NCBI GenBank assembly: GCA_035063585.1 | Contig: JAPSGB010000001.1 | Span: 96,001 to 160,000 of the forward strand | Source of the DNA: Polyangiaceae bacterium | GTDB lineage: Bacteria > Myxococcota_A > Polyangia > Polyangiales > Polyangiaceae | Reading direction: 5' to 3' | DNA length: 64,000 bases | Shown here: positions 1 to 9,200 of the stretch, piece by piece | Numbering within the stretch: position 1 is the first letter of the stretch | How the letters are laid out: every line of letters begins with the position of its first letter | Program-made: the position numbers and the translations under genes | The notes under the pieces: generated by a model | What the model was told of the DNA's origin: nothing | Database searches by the model: none | What the model saw: only the letters and a program-made list of their open reading frames with translations

Positions 1-1600
1 AGAGCTCGCCGCGAGCACGAGCGCGCACCGGCGCGTCGAGCTCGCGACGCTCACCGCCGACGGCCAGCTCGGCAGCGCGCACGGCGCGCTCCGGCTCGCA
101 CCGAGCGACGGCGGCGTGCCCGAGCTTGCCTCGATGGGCGGCGGGCTCGGCGCGCTCGTGCTCGCGCCGGCGTGCCGGGAGGGCGAGCGCTGCGCGGACG
201 CCGAGCTCTTGCCGACCTTCGTCGCCTTCGACGCCGAGGCGCGCCCGGTGGCGACCGAGCCGCTCCGGCTCGCGGCGCTCGGCGGCAAGGGCGCGGATCT
301 CGCCTGGGGGCTCACCTGCGGGAAGCACGGCTGCGGCGCTCTCGCCGCGACCTCGACCTCCCCCGCGCCGCTCTACGCGGTGAATCTCGACGCGCGGACC
401 GGCGCACACGCCTCACCCGGTGAGCAGGTGGTCCCGGGCCCGCCGCCGCGGGTGGTCTCGAACCAGGCGGTCGCGGCGCTCGACCCGCTGGCGGAGGTCA
501 CCGCCGCGCGGGTCGGCGACACGACGCTCGCGGCGTGGGTGAGCTACTTCGACCCCACGACGCCCTGGCGCCGGCTCACCAAACCCGCCCCGGACGGCCG
601 CTTCGAGCCGCTGCGAGCGCGGGTCGAGGTTCGTGCATTTCCCGATGGAAAAGAGCCGCTGCCGACGCGCACGGTTTCGCTCCGCGGGCGCTCGCTCGGC
701 GGCGTCGCGCTCGCGCCGGGCGACCCTGCCAAGCGCCAGTCGCTCCTCGCGTGGACGGCGCTCGACAACCAGCTCCCGCAGGTGTTCGTCACGCTGCTCG
801 CCGAGGACGGTAAGACCGTGACGCAGCGCATGCTCACGCGCACCAAGGGCGAGGTGAGCGACGTCGCCGCCGCGTGGGTCGGCGATGGGTATGTGGTCGG
901 CTGGATCGACGAGCGAGACGACGATCCCGAGGTGTACGTCGCCAAGCTCGGCCCCACGCTGCAGTCGCTCGGGCCCGAGCGGCGGGTGACCCGCGCCAAG
1001 GGCGCGGCGACCGGCCTCGCGCTCGCCGCCCAGGGCCGGCAGCTGCTCGCGGTGTGGGCGGACGCGCGCGACGGCGCGAAGGAGGGTTGGGCGGATCTCT
1101 TCGCGGCGCGGCTCTCGACCAAGGACGCGGCGCCCCTCGGCGTCGAGTCGCTGCTCATGAAGACGCCCGCGCACTCCCGCTCGCCCGCCCTCGCGCCCTT
1201 CGGCGATGGGACCGCGATCGCATGGATCGAGTCGCGCCCCGGCGCGGGGCTCGACGACGAGAGCCCCGGGCTCTACGTCGGACAGCTCGATCGTGACGGC
1301 CGCCTGAACTCGTCGGCGGAGCTGGTCGAGGTTCCTGCCGGCGCGCCGAGCTCGGTCGCGCTCGAGTGCGAGAGCGACCGGTGCCACGTGGTGGTCGGCG
1401 TCGACGCGCGCGGCGCCGCCGAGCTCCGCGGGTTCACGTGGCAGCCGGGCACGCACCCAGCTCCGAGCGCGCTCACCGCGGTGTCCGGCCCCGCCGGCGA
1501 GCCGCTGTCGCCCGCGATGGTGGGGCGCGAGCTCTTCTTCGCCGATCAGAGCGCGAGCGGGAAGGGCCGCGTGCGCCGCCTGCTCATCGACTGGAAGTGA
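1..1600 (+). CDS. Hypothetical protein, 5'-truncated by the window edge; repeated beta-strand motifs suggest a beta-propeller
   Basis: Frame is open from position 2 to TGA at 1598-1600; recurring motifs LAAWV, LLAWT, VVGWIDER, LAVWADAR, IAWIE. Confidence 0.75.
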   Translation, partial: ELAASTSAHRRVELATLTADGQLGSAHGALRLAPSDGGVPELASMGGGLGALVLAPACREGERCADAELLPTFVAFDAEARPVATEPLRLAALGGKGADLAWGLTCGKHGCGALAATSTSPAPLYAVNLDARTGAHASPGEQVVPGPPPRVVSNQAVAALDPLAEVTAARVGDTTLAAWVSYFDPTTPWRRLTKPAPDGRFEPLRARVEVRAFPDGKEPLPTRTVSLRGRSLGGVALAPGDPAKRQSLLAWTALDNQLPQVFVTLLAEDGKTVTQRMLTRTKGEVSDVAAAWVGDGYVVGWIDERDDDPEVYVAKLGPTLQSLGPERRVTRAKGAATGLALAAQGRQLLAVWADARDGAKEGWADLFAARLSTKDAAPLGVESLLMKTPAHSRSPALAPFGDGTAIAWIESRPGAGLDDESPGLYVGQLDRDGRLNSSAELVEVPAGAPSSVALECESDRCHVVVGVDARGAAELRGFTWQPGTHPAPSALTAVSGPAGEPLSPAMVGRELFFADQSASGKGRVRRLLIDWK

Positions 1601-1664
1601 CGCGCGCGCCGCGACGCGTGCGCCGCCTGCTCATCGACTGGAAGTGACGCGCGCGCCGCGACGC
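1568..1664. repeat. Exact 47-bp tandem duplication covering the gene's 3' end and stop codon
   Basis: cgcgtgcgccgcctgctcatcgactggaagtgacgcgcgcgccgcga at 1568-1614 and 1615-1661. Confidence 0.95.
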
Positions 1665-1682
1665 CGGCCGCGCCGGCCATGC

Positions 1683-1714
1683 AAAAAAAAGGCCCCCTGG
1701 CGAACCAGGGGGCC
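1683..1714 (-). terminator. Rho-independent terminator
   Basis: Minus strand reads GGCCCCCTGG-TTCG-CCAGGGGGCC then T8: a perfect 10-bp stem with a UUCG loop. Confidence 0.9.
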
Positions 1715-1952
1715 CATCGACGTCGATCATCCGGGTGGTTACGTGCTCGTCGCCCGTGCGTTGCTCTTGCGTCTGTTTTTTTCAGACGCGTTGCTGCTGG
1801 GGTGGCTCGGGGAGGAGAAGCGCACGAGAGCAGCGCGCATCCAACTGAACATCTGACGTCGACCGAGTACTGAGGCGATTCAAACCTCCTTGCTCATGCG
1901 AACTCAACCGCCTGCCCCGAAGACCTATTCCGTCGCCGCGATCTTTCTTTGA
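1683..1952 (-). ncRNA. Candidate structured small RNA or small-peptide transcript
   Basis: Lies between a sigma54-like promoter and a strong terminator; several stems; no convincing long ORF. Confidence 0.4.
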
Positions 1953-1962
1953 TAATGCAGAT

Positions 1963-1978
1963 TGCAACGGTTGGACCC
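1963..1978 (-). promoter_or_regulatory. Possible sigma54 (-24/-12) promoter
   Basis: Minus strand G-GG-TCCAACCG-TTGCA has GG-N10-GC spacing with TTGCA at -12; the -24 half deviates from TGGCAC. Confidence 0.4.
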
Positions 1979-2070
1979 ATCAGCCGGTCGAGGGCCCTGG
2001 GTGATTGCCGGTCCGGCGCGGTGGCGGTGGTCGAGCCCAGCTCGCGAGGCGACGCGAGCGCGCGCCGTGC

Positions 2071-3333
2071 TCACTCGTCGCGCTCGCGGGCCTCGGGGCG
2101 CTCGCGAGCCTGACGCCAGATCGCGCGCCACGATGGGCGCGCCCCGGTGAGGAGGAGCCCCACGCGGAAGAGCCGCGCGGCGAGCTTCACGGCGAGGACG
2201 ATGCCGATGAGCAGCGCCGCGCACGAGCCGGCGATCTCGAGGGGCGAGACACCGCCCGGCTCGAGCGAGAGCCGCGTGACGAGGGTGATGGGCGCCGTAA
2301 ACGGGATGAAGGTGAGCACGCGCGCGAGCGCGCCGTTCGGCTCCGCGATGAGCGCGGTCATGAGCGCCGCGGGCGCGATCACGGGGAGCGTCCAGATGAC
2401 GCCGAGCTGCTGGCTCTCGCGCTGCGTCGTGCCGAGCGAGCCGGTAGCGAGCATCAAGCTGCCGACGAAGAGGTAGCCGAGCACGAAGAGCGGCACCGCC
2501 GCGAGCACGGCGCCCCACGGCACGACCACCCCGCTCGCGAGCGCTGGCAGCGCGGCACCCGACACCATCAACGACCACACGCCGACCTGAAGGAGCCCGG
2601 CCGCGCCGAGCCCGAGGAGCTTTCCCGCCAAGAGCTCGTCGGCGCTCACGGCGGCGAGGAGGACCTCGGAGAGCCGGTTCTCCTTCTCGATCGCGACCCC
2701 CTGCACGAGGTACGACGAGGTCGTCACGAGCGACAGCACCATCAAGAGCGCGAGCAGGAGCGGCACCGCGATGCGCCGGAGCGTGGCCTCGGCGTCGAGC
2801 GGCTCGGCGCCGCCGGCCGACGCGAGAGTGCGCTCGACGGACATCGGCTCGAGCACGCGCGCCCGCTCGAGCTCGGGGAGCTTGCCGGTCAGGAGCGCGC
2901 GCCGGAGCTCGGTGGCGAGCGCGCGCTCGGCGGCGGGCGCGGCGAGCCCCGAGGTCGCGCCCGCGTCCCTCACGACCAACCGCACCCGACCGCGCGCGAG
3001 GTAGTCCGGCGCGATCACGAAGTACCCGGCGAGCTGCTGCTCGGCGAGCGCGCGCCGCGCCGCCGGTTCGCTCGCAAAGCGCGCGAGGCGCGCGCCGCGC
3101 CCGTTCGTCACGGTAAGCTCCCGCGAGAGGAGCCCCGCTTCGTCCACCACGCCCCAGGCGAGCTCGCGCGCATCGAGCGCGCCGAGCGCGCGATGCTCGA
3201 GGAGCCCGACGCCGCCGAAGAGGAGCGCCATGAGGAGCGGCATCGCCAAGGTCACGAACAAGAACGGCAGCCGCCGAACCACGGAGAGGAACTCCCAGCG
3301 CGCGATGACGCGGAGCCTCGTCAGGCGCATCAC
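2071..3333 (-). CDS. ABC-2 type exporter permease (NatB/YhaP-like)
   Basis: EKENRLSEVLL...LLAGKLLG motif, multiple TM helices, overlaps the ATPase stop codon. Confidence 0.9.
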   Translation of the reverse strand: MMRLTRLRVIARWEFLSVVRRLPFLFVTLAMPLLMALLFGGVGLLEHRALGALDARELAWGVVDEAGLLSRELTVTNGRGARLARFASEPAARRALAEQQLAGYFVIAPDYLARGRVRLVVRDAGATSGLAAPAAERALATELRRALLTGKLPELERARVLEPMSVERTLASAGGAEPLDAEATLRRIAVPLLLALLMVLSLVTTSSYLVQGVAIEKENRLSEVLLAAVSADELLAGKLLGLGAAGLLQVGVWSLMVSGAALPALASGVVVPWGAVLAAVPLFVLGYLFVGSLMLATGSLGTTQRESQQLGVIWTLPVIAPAALMTALIAEPNGALARVLTFIPFTAPITLVTRLSLEPGGVSPLEIAGSCAALLIGIVLAVKLAARLFRVGLLLTGARPSWRAIWRQARERPEARERDE

Positions 3334-4235
3334 GAGCCGGTCTCCTCGCTCACGGCGCGCACGAAGATCTCCTCGAGCGAGGCGAGCACGGGGGCGAAGC
3401 GCTCGAGCTCGACGCCGCTCCCCACCAGCGCGCGGAGGAGCTCGGCCGGGCGACGCGCCCTCGTGTCGATGACGATGAAGCTGCCGTCATCCCGGCGGTG
3501 CACCTCGACGCCCTCCAGCGCGGGCGCGCGGCCGTCCTCCGTCACGAGCTCGACCTCGCGCCGCGAGTGACGCCGCCGGATCTCCCCGGTCTCCCCGGCG
3601 AGGAGCACGCGGCCGCGATGCACGAGCGCGACGTCGTCGCAGAGGTCCTCCACCTCGCGCAGCTGATGGGTCGAGAGGATCGTGGTGAGCCCGCGGGCGC
3701 GCCGCTCGTGGATGAGCTCGCGCACCAGCCGCACGTTCACCGGGTCGAGACCCGAGAACGGCTCGTCGAGCACGCAGAGGCCGGGCTCCGGGAGCAAGGT
3801 TGCCGCGAGCTGGAGCTTCTGGCTCATCCCCTTGCTGAGCCGCTCGACGCGGTACTTGGCCGCGAAGCCGAGCCCCATGCGCTCGAGCCACACGCGCGCG
3901 CGCTCCCGCGCCTCACGGCGTGAGAGGCCCTTCAACATGGCGAGGTACTCGAGCACCTCGCTCGCGCGCTCTCGGCGGTAGAGACCGCGCTCCTCGGGCA
4001 GGTAGCCGAGCCGCTCGCGGCGCGCGGTCGAAGACGGCACGCCGTTCACGAGCACGCGCCCGCGGTCCGCGCGGAGGATATCCATCACGATACGGATGAG
4101 CGTGCTCTTGCCCGCGCCGTTCGGGCCGAGCAGCCCGAACACGCTCCCGCTTCGAACCGCGAGCGTCACGCGATCGAGCGCGAGCGTCCCGCCGAAGCGC
4201 TTCTCCACCTCTTCGACCTCGAGCGCGGCGCCCAT
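3330..4235 (-). CDS. ABC transporter ATP-binding protein (NatA/YhaQ-like)
   Basis: Walker A GPNGAGKST, signature LSKGM, Walker B VLDEPFSGLDP, C-terminal SLEEIF. Confidence 0.95.
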   Translation of the reverse strand: MGAALEVEEVEKRFGGTLALDRVTLAVRSGSVFGLLGPNGAGKSTLIRIVMDILRADRGRVLVNGVPSSTARRERLGYLPEERGLYRRERASEVLEYLAMLKGLSRREARERARVWLERMGLGFAAKYRVERLSKGMSQKLQLAATLLPEPGLCVLDEPFSGLDPVNVRLVRELIHERRARGLTTILSTHQLREVEDLCDDVALVHRGRVLLAGETGEIRRRHSRREVELVTEDGRAPALEGVEVHRRDDGSFIVIDTRARRPAELLRALVGSGVELERFAPVLASLEEIFVRAVSEETGS

Positions 4236-4341
4236 TGCTCCCCCCGGGTCTAGCAGAGGCCGCGGGAAATTCGCGCGAGCTTCCGGCCGGCGCGGCCGGC
4301 GGCGCGCGCCGAGCGCGACCGGGATCGGCTATCGTCAGCCC

Positions 4342-5208
4342 ATGTTCCGCGCCGGACCTTCGCCCGATCCCATCGAGTCCCTCTCGCTCGAGGACACGGA
4401 CGCGGGGGCCCGCGCGCTCGTCGCGCCCGCGCGCGGCGGGCTCGTCACGCGATGGCGCGTGGAGGGGCGCGAGCTCCTGTTCCTCGACCAGGCGACGCTC
4501 GCCGACCCGACCCGGAACGTGCGCGGCGGGATCCCCGTGCTCTTCCCGACGCCAGGCAAGCTCGAGCGCGACGAGTGGGCGCGAAGCTGCCGCGCGGGCA
4601 AGCTGCCGCAGCATGGATTTGCGCGAACCCTGCCCTGGGAGCTCGTCGCGACGTCGAGCGACGGCGCGGCGTCGTGCCGGCTCCGGCTCGCCGCGAGCGA
4701 GGCCACGCGCAGCCACTTTCCGTGGTCCTTCGCGCTCGAGCACGAGCTCGCGCTTCACGGGAGGACGCTCCGCATCGAGCAACGCGTCACCAACCTCGAT
4801 CACGCCGCGCTGCCCTTCGCGCTCGGTTTTCACCCGTATTTTCTGGTGCCCCAGGGGGAGAAGGCCGCCGCGCGCATCGCCACTCGCGCCACGCGCGCCT
4901 ACGACAACGTCAGAAAGCGTGAGATCCCATTCGCGGGCTTCGAGCTCACGGCGCCCGAGGTCGATCTCCATCTCATCGATCACGGCTCGAGCGCGGCCTC
5001 GCTCGAGCTCGCGAGCGGCACCATCCGGATCGAGTGCAGTCCCGCCTACCAGCGCTGGGTGGTGTGGACGCTCGCCGGGCGCGACTTCGTGTGCCTCGAG
5101 CCGTGGACGGCGCCGGCCAATGCGATGAACACCGGCGAGGGGCTCCTCCGGCTCGCGCCGGGGGGGACGTGCGAGTCATACGTCGAGCTCACCTTCGCCC
5201 CGCGCTGA
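4342..5208 (+). CDS. Aldose 1-epimerase / galactose mutarotase-like protein
   Basis: RGGIPVLFP, HGFAR, GFHPYF and FVCLEPW motifs; start moved to ATG 4342. Confidence 0.9.
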   Translation: MFRAGPSPDPIESLSLEDTDAGARALVAPARGGLVTRWRVEGRELLFLDQATLADPTRNVRGGIPVLFPTPGKLERDEWARSCRAGKLPQHGFARTLPWELVATSSDGAASCRLRLAASEATRSHFPWSFALEHELALHGRTLRIEQRVTNLDHAALPFALGFHPYFLVPQGEKAAARIATRATRAYDNVRKREIPFAGFELTAPEVDLHLIDHGSSAASLELASGTIRIECSPAYQRWVVWTLAGRDFVCLEPWTAPANAMNTGEGLLRLAPGGTCESYVELTFAPR

Positions 5209-5268
5209 GCCTGCGCGCCGGCGCCGGCGCGCTTGCGGCGAGCCCGGGCTACCCTTATGTGCCCGGCC

Positions 5269-6120
5269 ATGGCGAAGATCACCTTCCTCGGGACCGGACT
5301 CATGGGCGCGGCGCTGGCGGAGGCGGCGAAGCAGCGCGGCGACGACGTGACCGTATGGAACCGCACGCGAGCCAAGGCCGACGCGCTCGCCGCGCTCGGG
5401 ATCCGGGTGGGCGCGACGCCCGCCGAGGCGATCGCGGGCGCCGAGCGCGTGCACAGCATCCTCGGCGCGGACGACTCGGTCGACGCCGTGTACGACGCCT
5501 GCGGTGACGCCCTGGGCGCGGCGCTGGTCATCGATCACACGACCACCTCGCCCGCGGGCACCGCGCGCCGAGCGGCGGAGCTCGAGCGGCGCGGCGTCGC
5601 GTTCCTGCACGCGCCGGTCTTCATGTCCCCCGCCGCCTGCCGCTCGGCGCAGGGGGTCATGCTGGTCGCGGGCCCGAAGTCGGTGTTCGCTCGCGCCGAG
5701 CCCGCGCTCGCGTCCATGACCGGCAAGGTTCGCTACCTCGGCGAGCGCCGCGAGCTCGCCGCCGCCAACAAGCTCTTCGGCAACGCGATGATCATCACCA
5801 TCACCGCCGGCCTCGCCGACGTGTTTTCCATGGGGAAGTCCCTCGAGATCGCACCGGAAGACGTGCTCGCGCTCTTCTCCATCTTCAACCCCGCGTCCAC
5901 CCTCTCGTACCGCGGCGCGGCGATGGCGAAGGGCGACTACCGCGCGATGTTCGAGCTCACCATGGCGCGCAAGGACGCCCGCCTCGCCATCGAGGCGGCC
6001 GGCGGCCTCCCGCTCACGACCTTGCCCGCCATCGCGGCGCGGATGGATGAGCTCATCGGCCGAGGCTTCGGCGCGGACGACATGGCCGTCCTCGGCGTGG
6101 ACGCGGTCCCGAAGGCGTGA
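5269..6120 (+). CDS. NAD(P)-dependent beta-hydroxyacid dehydrogenase (3-hydroxyisobutyrate DH family)
   Basis: N-terminal GTGLMG Rossmann motif, VWNRT, catalytic Lys in NKLFGN. Confidence 0.9.
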   Translation: MAKITFLGTGLMGAALAEAAKQRGDDVTVWNRTRAKADALAALGIRVGATPAEAIAGAERVHSILGADDSVDAVYDACGDALGAALVIDHTTTSPAGTARRAAELERRGVAFLHAPVFMSPAACRSAQGVMLVAGPKSVFARAEPALASMTGKVRYLGERRELAAANKLFGNAMIITITAGLADVFSMGKSLEIAPEDVLALFSIFNPASTLSYRGAAMAKGDYRAMFELTMARKDARLAIEAAGGLPLTTLPAIAARMDELIGRGFGADDMAVLGVDAVPKA

Positions 6121-6288
6121 GGCGAGCGTAGCGGCGAGGATCGGTCGAGGGGGGTCGGCCCGGCGCGGCCGGCGGGTGGGGCCGATCGGCGCGGGCGGCC
6201 GCCGTCGAGGGAGCCCGTGCCGCCCCTCGGGGGCCGTGTCGAAGGTTTGCCCTGGAGCTACGCTTGATTTGGGCTAGTCTTCGCTGTG

Positions 6289-9200
6289 ATGTTGCCGAGG
6301 TTCACTCGTCTCTTTGCTTCACTCTCTGTCCTCTTCGTGGTCGCCGGGTGCGGCTCGAACGCCGAGGTCGTCAGCCAAGCGCCCGGCCTCGACGGCTCAC
6401 CGCCGCCGGTCGGCGGCGACGGTGGCTTCGACGCCGGACGCATCGACGCCTCGCCGAATGAAGACGCCGACACGCCCGACGCCGACGCCGAGACTCCGGC
6501 AGTGTGCGGCGACGGCGTGCTCGCGCCCACCGAAGCGTGCGACGACGGCAACCCGATCCCCGGTGACGGCTGCTCCGGCACTTGTACCATCGAGCCCGGC
6601 TACAGCTGCCCCGAGCCCGGCCAGCCCTGCATCTTCGCAGTGCAGATGACCTGCGGCAACGGCAAGATCGAGGGGACGGAGGGCTGCGACGACGACAACA
6701 CCGACGACGGCGACGGTTGCTCGGCAGGCTGCGAGGTAGAGCAGGGCTACGCGTGCGCGACGCCCGGGCAGCCCTGCGAGCCGGTGGTCGCGCCGAGGTG
6801 CGGCGACGGCAAGGTGAACAGCGGCGAGCAGTGCGACGACGGCAACGACCTCGCGAGCGATGGCTGCGACGCGAGCTGCCGGCTCGAGGCGGGCTACACC
6901 TGCCCAGAGCCCGGCAAGGCGTGCGAACCGTTCCGCTACTGCGGCGACGGCATGATCGACGCGAGCGAGGAGTGCGACGACGCGAACTCGCTCCCGGGCG
7001 ACGGCTGCTCGGCGCTCTGCAAGCTCGAAGCGGGCTACGAGTGCCCCACGCCGGGCGCGACGTGCGTGAACCTCTGGGTCTGCGGCAACGGACAAGTCGA
7101 TCCGGGCGAGGCGTGCGACGACCACAACACGAGCGCGAGCGATGGCTGCAGCGCCGACTGCACCTTCGTCGAGCCGGGCTGGACGTGTCCGAATAGTGCG
7201 GGGGCCGGCGGGGCGTGCACGCTGGTTCCCGCCGAGACCTGCGGCAACGGGATCCGCTCGGCGGCCGAGCAGTGCGACGACGGCAACACGAACGACGGCG
7301 ACGGCTGCTCGAAGGCGTGCGTGGTCGAAGCCGGCTGGGACTGCCCGACGCCCGGCGCGACGTGCAAGCTCATCGAGTACTGCGGCGACAAGCTCGTCAC
7401 GCTCGCGATTGGCGAGGACTGTGATGACGGCAACACGACCTCCGGCGACGGTTGCAGCGCGAGCTGCACGCGCGAGCCGAACTGGGCCTGCCCCGATCCA
7501 GGTCAGCCGTGCGTGTCGACGGTGGTGTGCGGGGACAAGAAGATCACCGGGTCCGAGACGTGCGACGACGGCAACCAACTCTCGCGCGACGGTTGCTCGA
7601 GCACCTGCCAGCTCGAGGCCGGGTGGAAGTGCCCGTTGGCGGGGACCCGCTGCGTCGCGACCCGATGCGGCGACGGCATCCTGGCCGGCGAGGAGCAGTG
7701 CGACGACGGAAACACCGCGGGTGACGACGGTTGCTCGACCACCTGTCAGCTCCAGCCGCGGGTGACCACCACCAACCCGACCACCACCCAGCCGGGCGGT
7801 ACGACGACCACGCATTTCAAGTGTCCGACGCCGGGCGTCACCTGCGTGCCAACGGTCTGCGGGGACGGCACCCGCGAGGGGTCCGAGCAGTGCGACTACG
7901 GTGACAACAAGGCTTACGACGGTTGCTCGCCGAGCTGCCTGCTCGAGCCTAGCTGCCCGAACGGAAAGTGCGTGGCCGTGTGCGGCGACGGCATCCTCTT
8001 CGACTTCGACGCCAACGGCGATGGAACGAACGACGAGGAGTGCGACGACGGCAACACCGTGAGCGGCGACGGCTGTTCGAGCGCGTGCAAGGTCGAGCTG
8101 GGGTATAGCTGCATCGCGCAGGCGGACGGCGCGCCGGCCTTCCTCGATCTCCCCGCGACCCTCCGCGATTTCAAGTACTACAACACGACGAACGGCCACC
8201 CGGACTTCGAGCAGTACTCGGGCAGCGGGCAGACGGGGCTCGTCAAGGACAACCTGAGCGCCGGCACCTGGGGGATCCCGGTCTTCAACAAGTCCGGGAC
8301 GGGCCCGCAGATCACCAGCGCGGACTCCTTCAGCGACTGGTACTCGGACACGACGGGCAAGAATCGCAGTAGGCGCATCGACGGCCTCTCCGTGCGGCTG
8401 ACTCGCCAAGCGAACGGCTCGTACGTCTTCAACAGCGCGACCGACCAGCCCTACAAGACGAAGGGGGCGCGCTACCCGGTCACGGCGAACAAGGGGCTCT
8501 TCCTCCCGATCGACGGGATGGGCTGGGGTAATCAGCCGGCTGGTAGCCCTCAGGACAACAATTCGAACTTCGGGTTCACGACGGAGATCCGCTACTGGTT
8601 CACTTACGATAGCGGCGTCCAACCGACACTCACCTTCCAGGGCGACGACGACGTCTGGGTCTTCGTCAACGGCCGGCTGATGGTCGATCTCGGCGGGCTC
8701 CACGCGCAGCTCACCGGCTCGGTGACGCTGACCCCGGCGGTCGCGGCGAGTCTCGGCCTCGTGAACCGACAACTCTACGAGGTCGCGCTCTTCCACGCCG
8801 AGCGGCGCTCCTACGGTTCGAACTTCTGGCTCACCCTCCGCGGCTTCGACAAGAAGCACTCGGTGTGCACGGAGGTGTGCGGAGACGGCGTACGCACCGC
8901 CGGCGAGCAGTGCGACGACGGCGCGGCCAACACGAACAGCGGCGCATACGGCTCCTGCACGACCTCGTGCCAGCTCGGCCCGTACTGCGGCGACGCCACC
9001 GTGCAAGCGGCGGGCGGCGAGCAGTGCGACGACGGCGTCAACGCCACCACCTATGGCGGCACGAGCAAGAAGTGCGGCCCCGGCTGCAGGTTCGCGCCGT
9101 ACTGCGGGGATACCGTCATCTCGAACGGTGAGTCGTGCGACGAAGGCGCCGCGAACGGAAGCGGGTACGGCCACTGCAGCGGTTCATGCGGGCTCGGGCC

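Noticed and set aside
1716..1862. Retron msr/msd or 6S RNA identity for the structured intergenic region
   Set aside because: No adjacent reverse transcriptase and no typical 6S gene context; kept only as an unassigned RNA candidate
1949..1967. Fur box (TTGATAATGCAGATTGCAA)
   Set aside because: Only one good half-site and the spacing does not fit; it overlaps the sigma54-like -12 element
6397..9174. 925-aa antisense ORF, and many other long overlapping ORFs such as 56125-58239 and 44374-46641
   Set aside because: High-GC antisense or alternate-frame shadows of real genes; Arg/Ala-rich with no recognisable motifs
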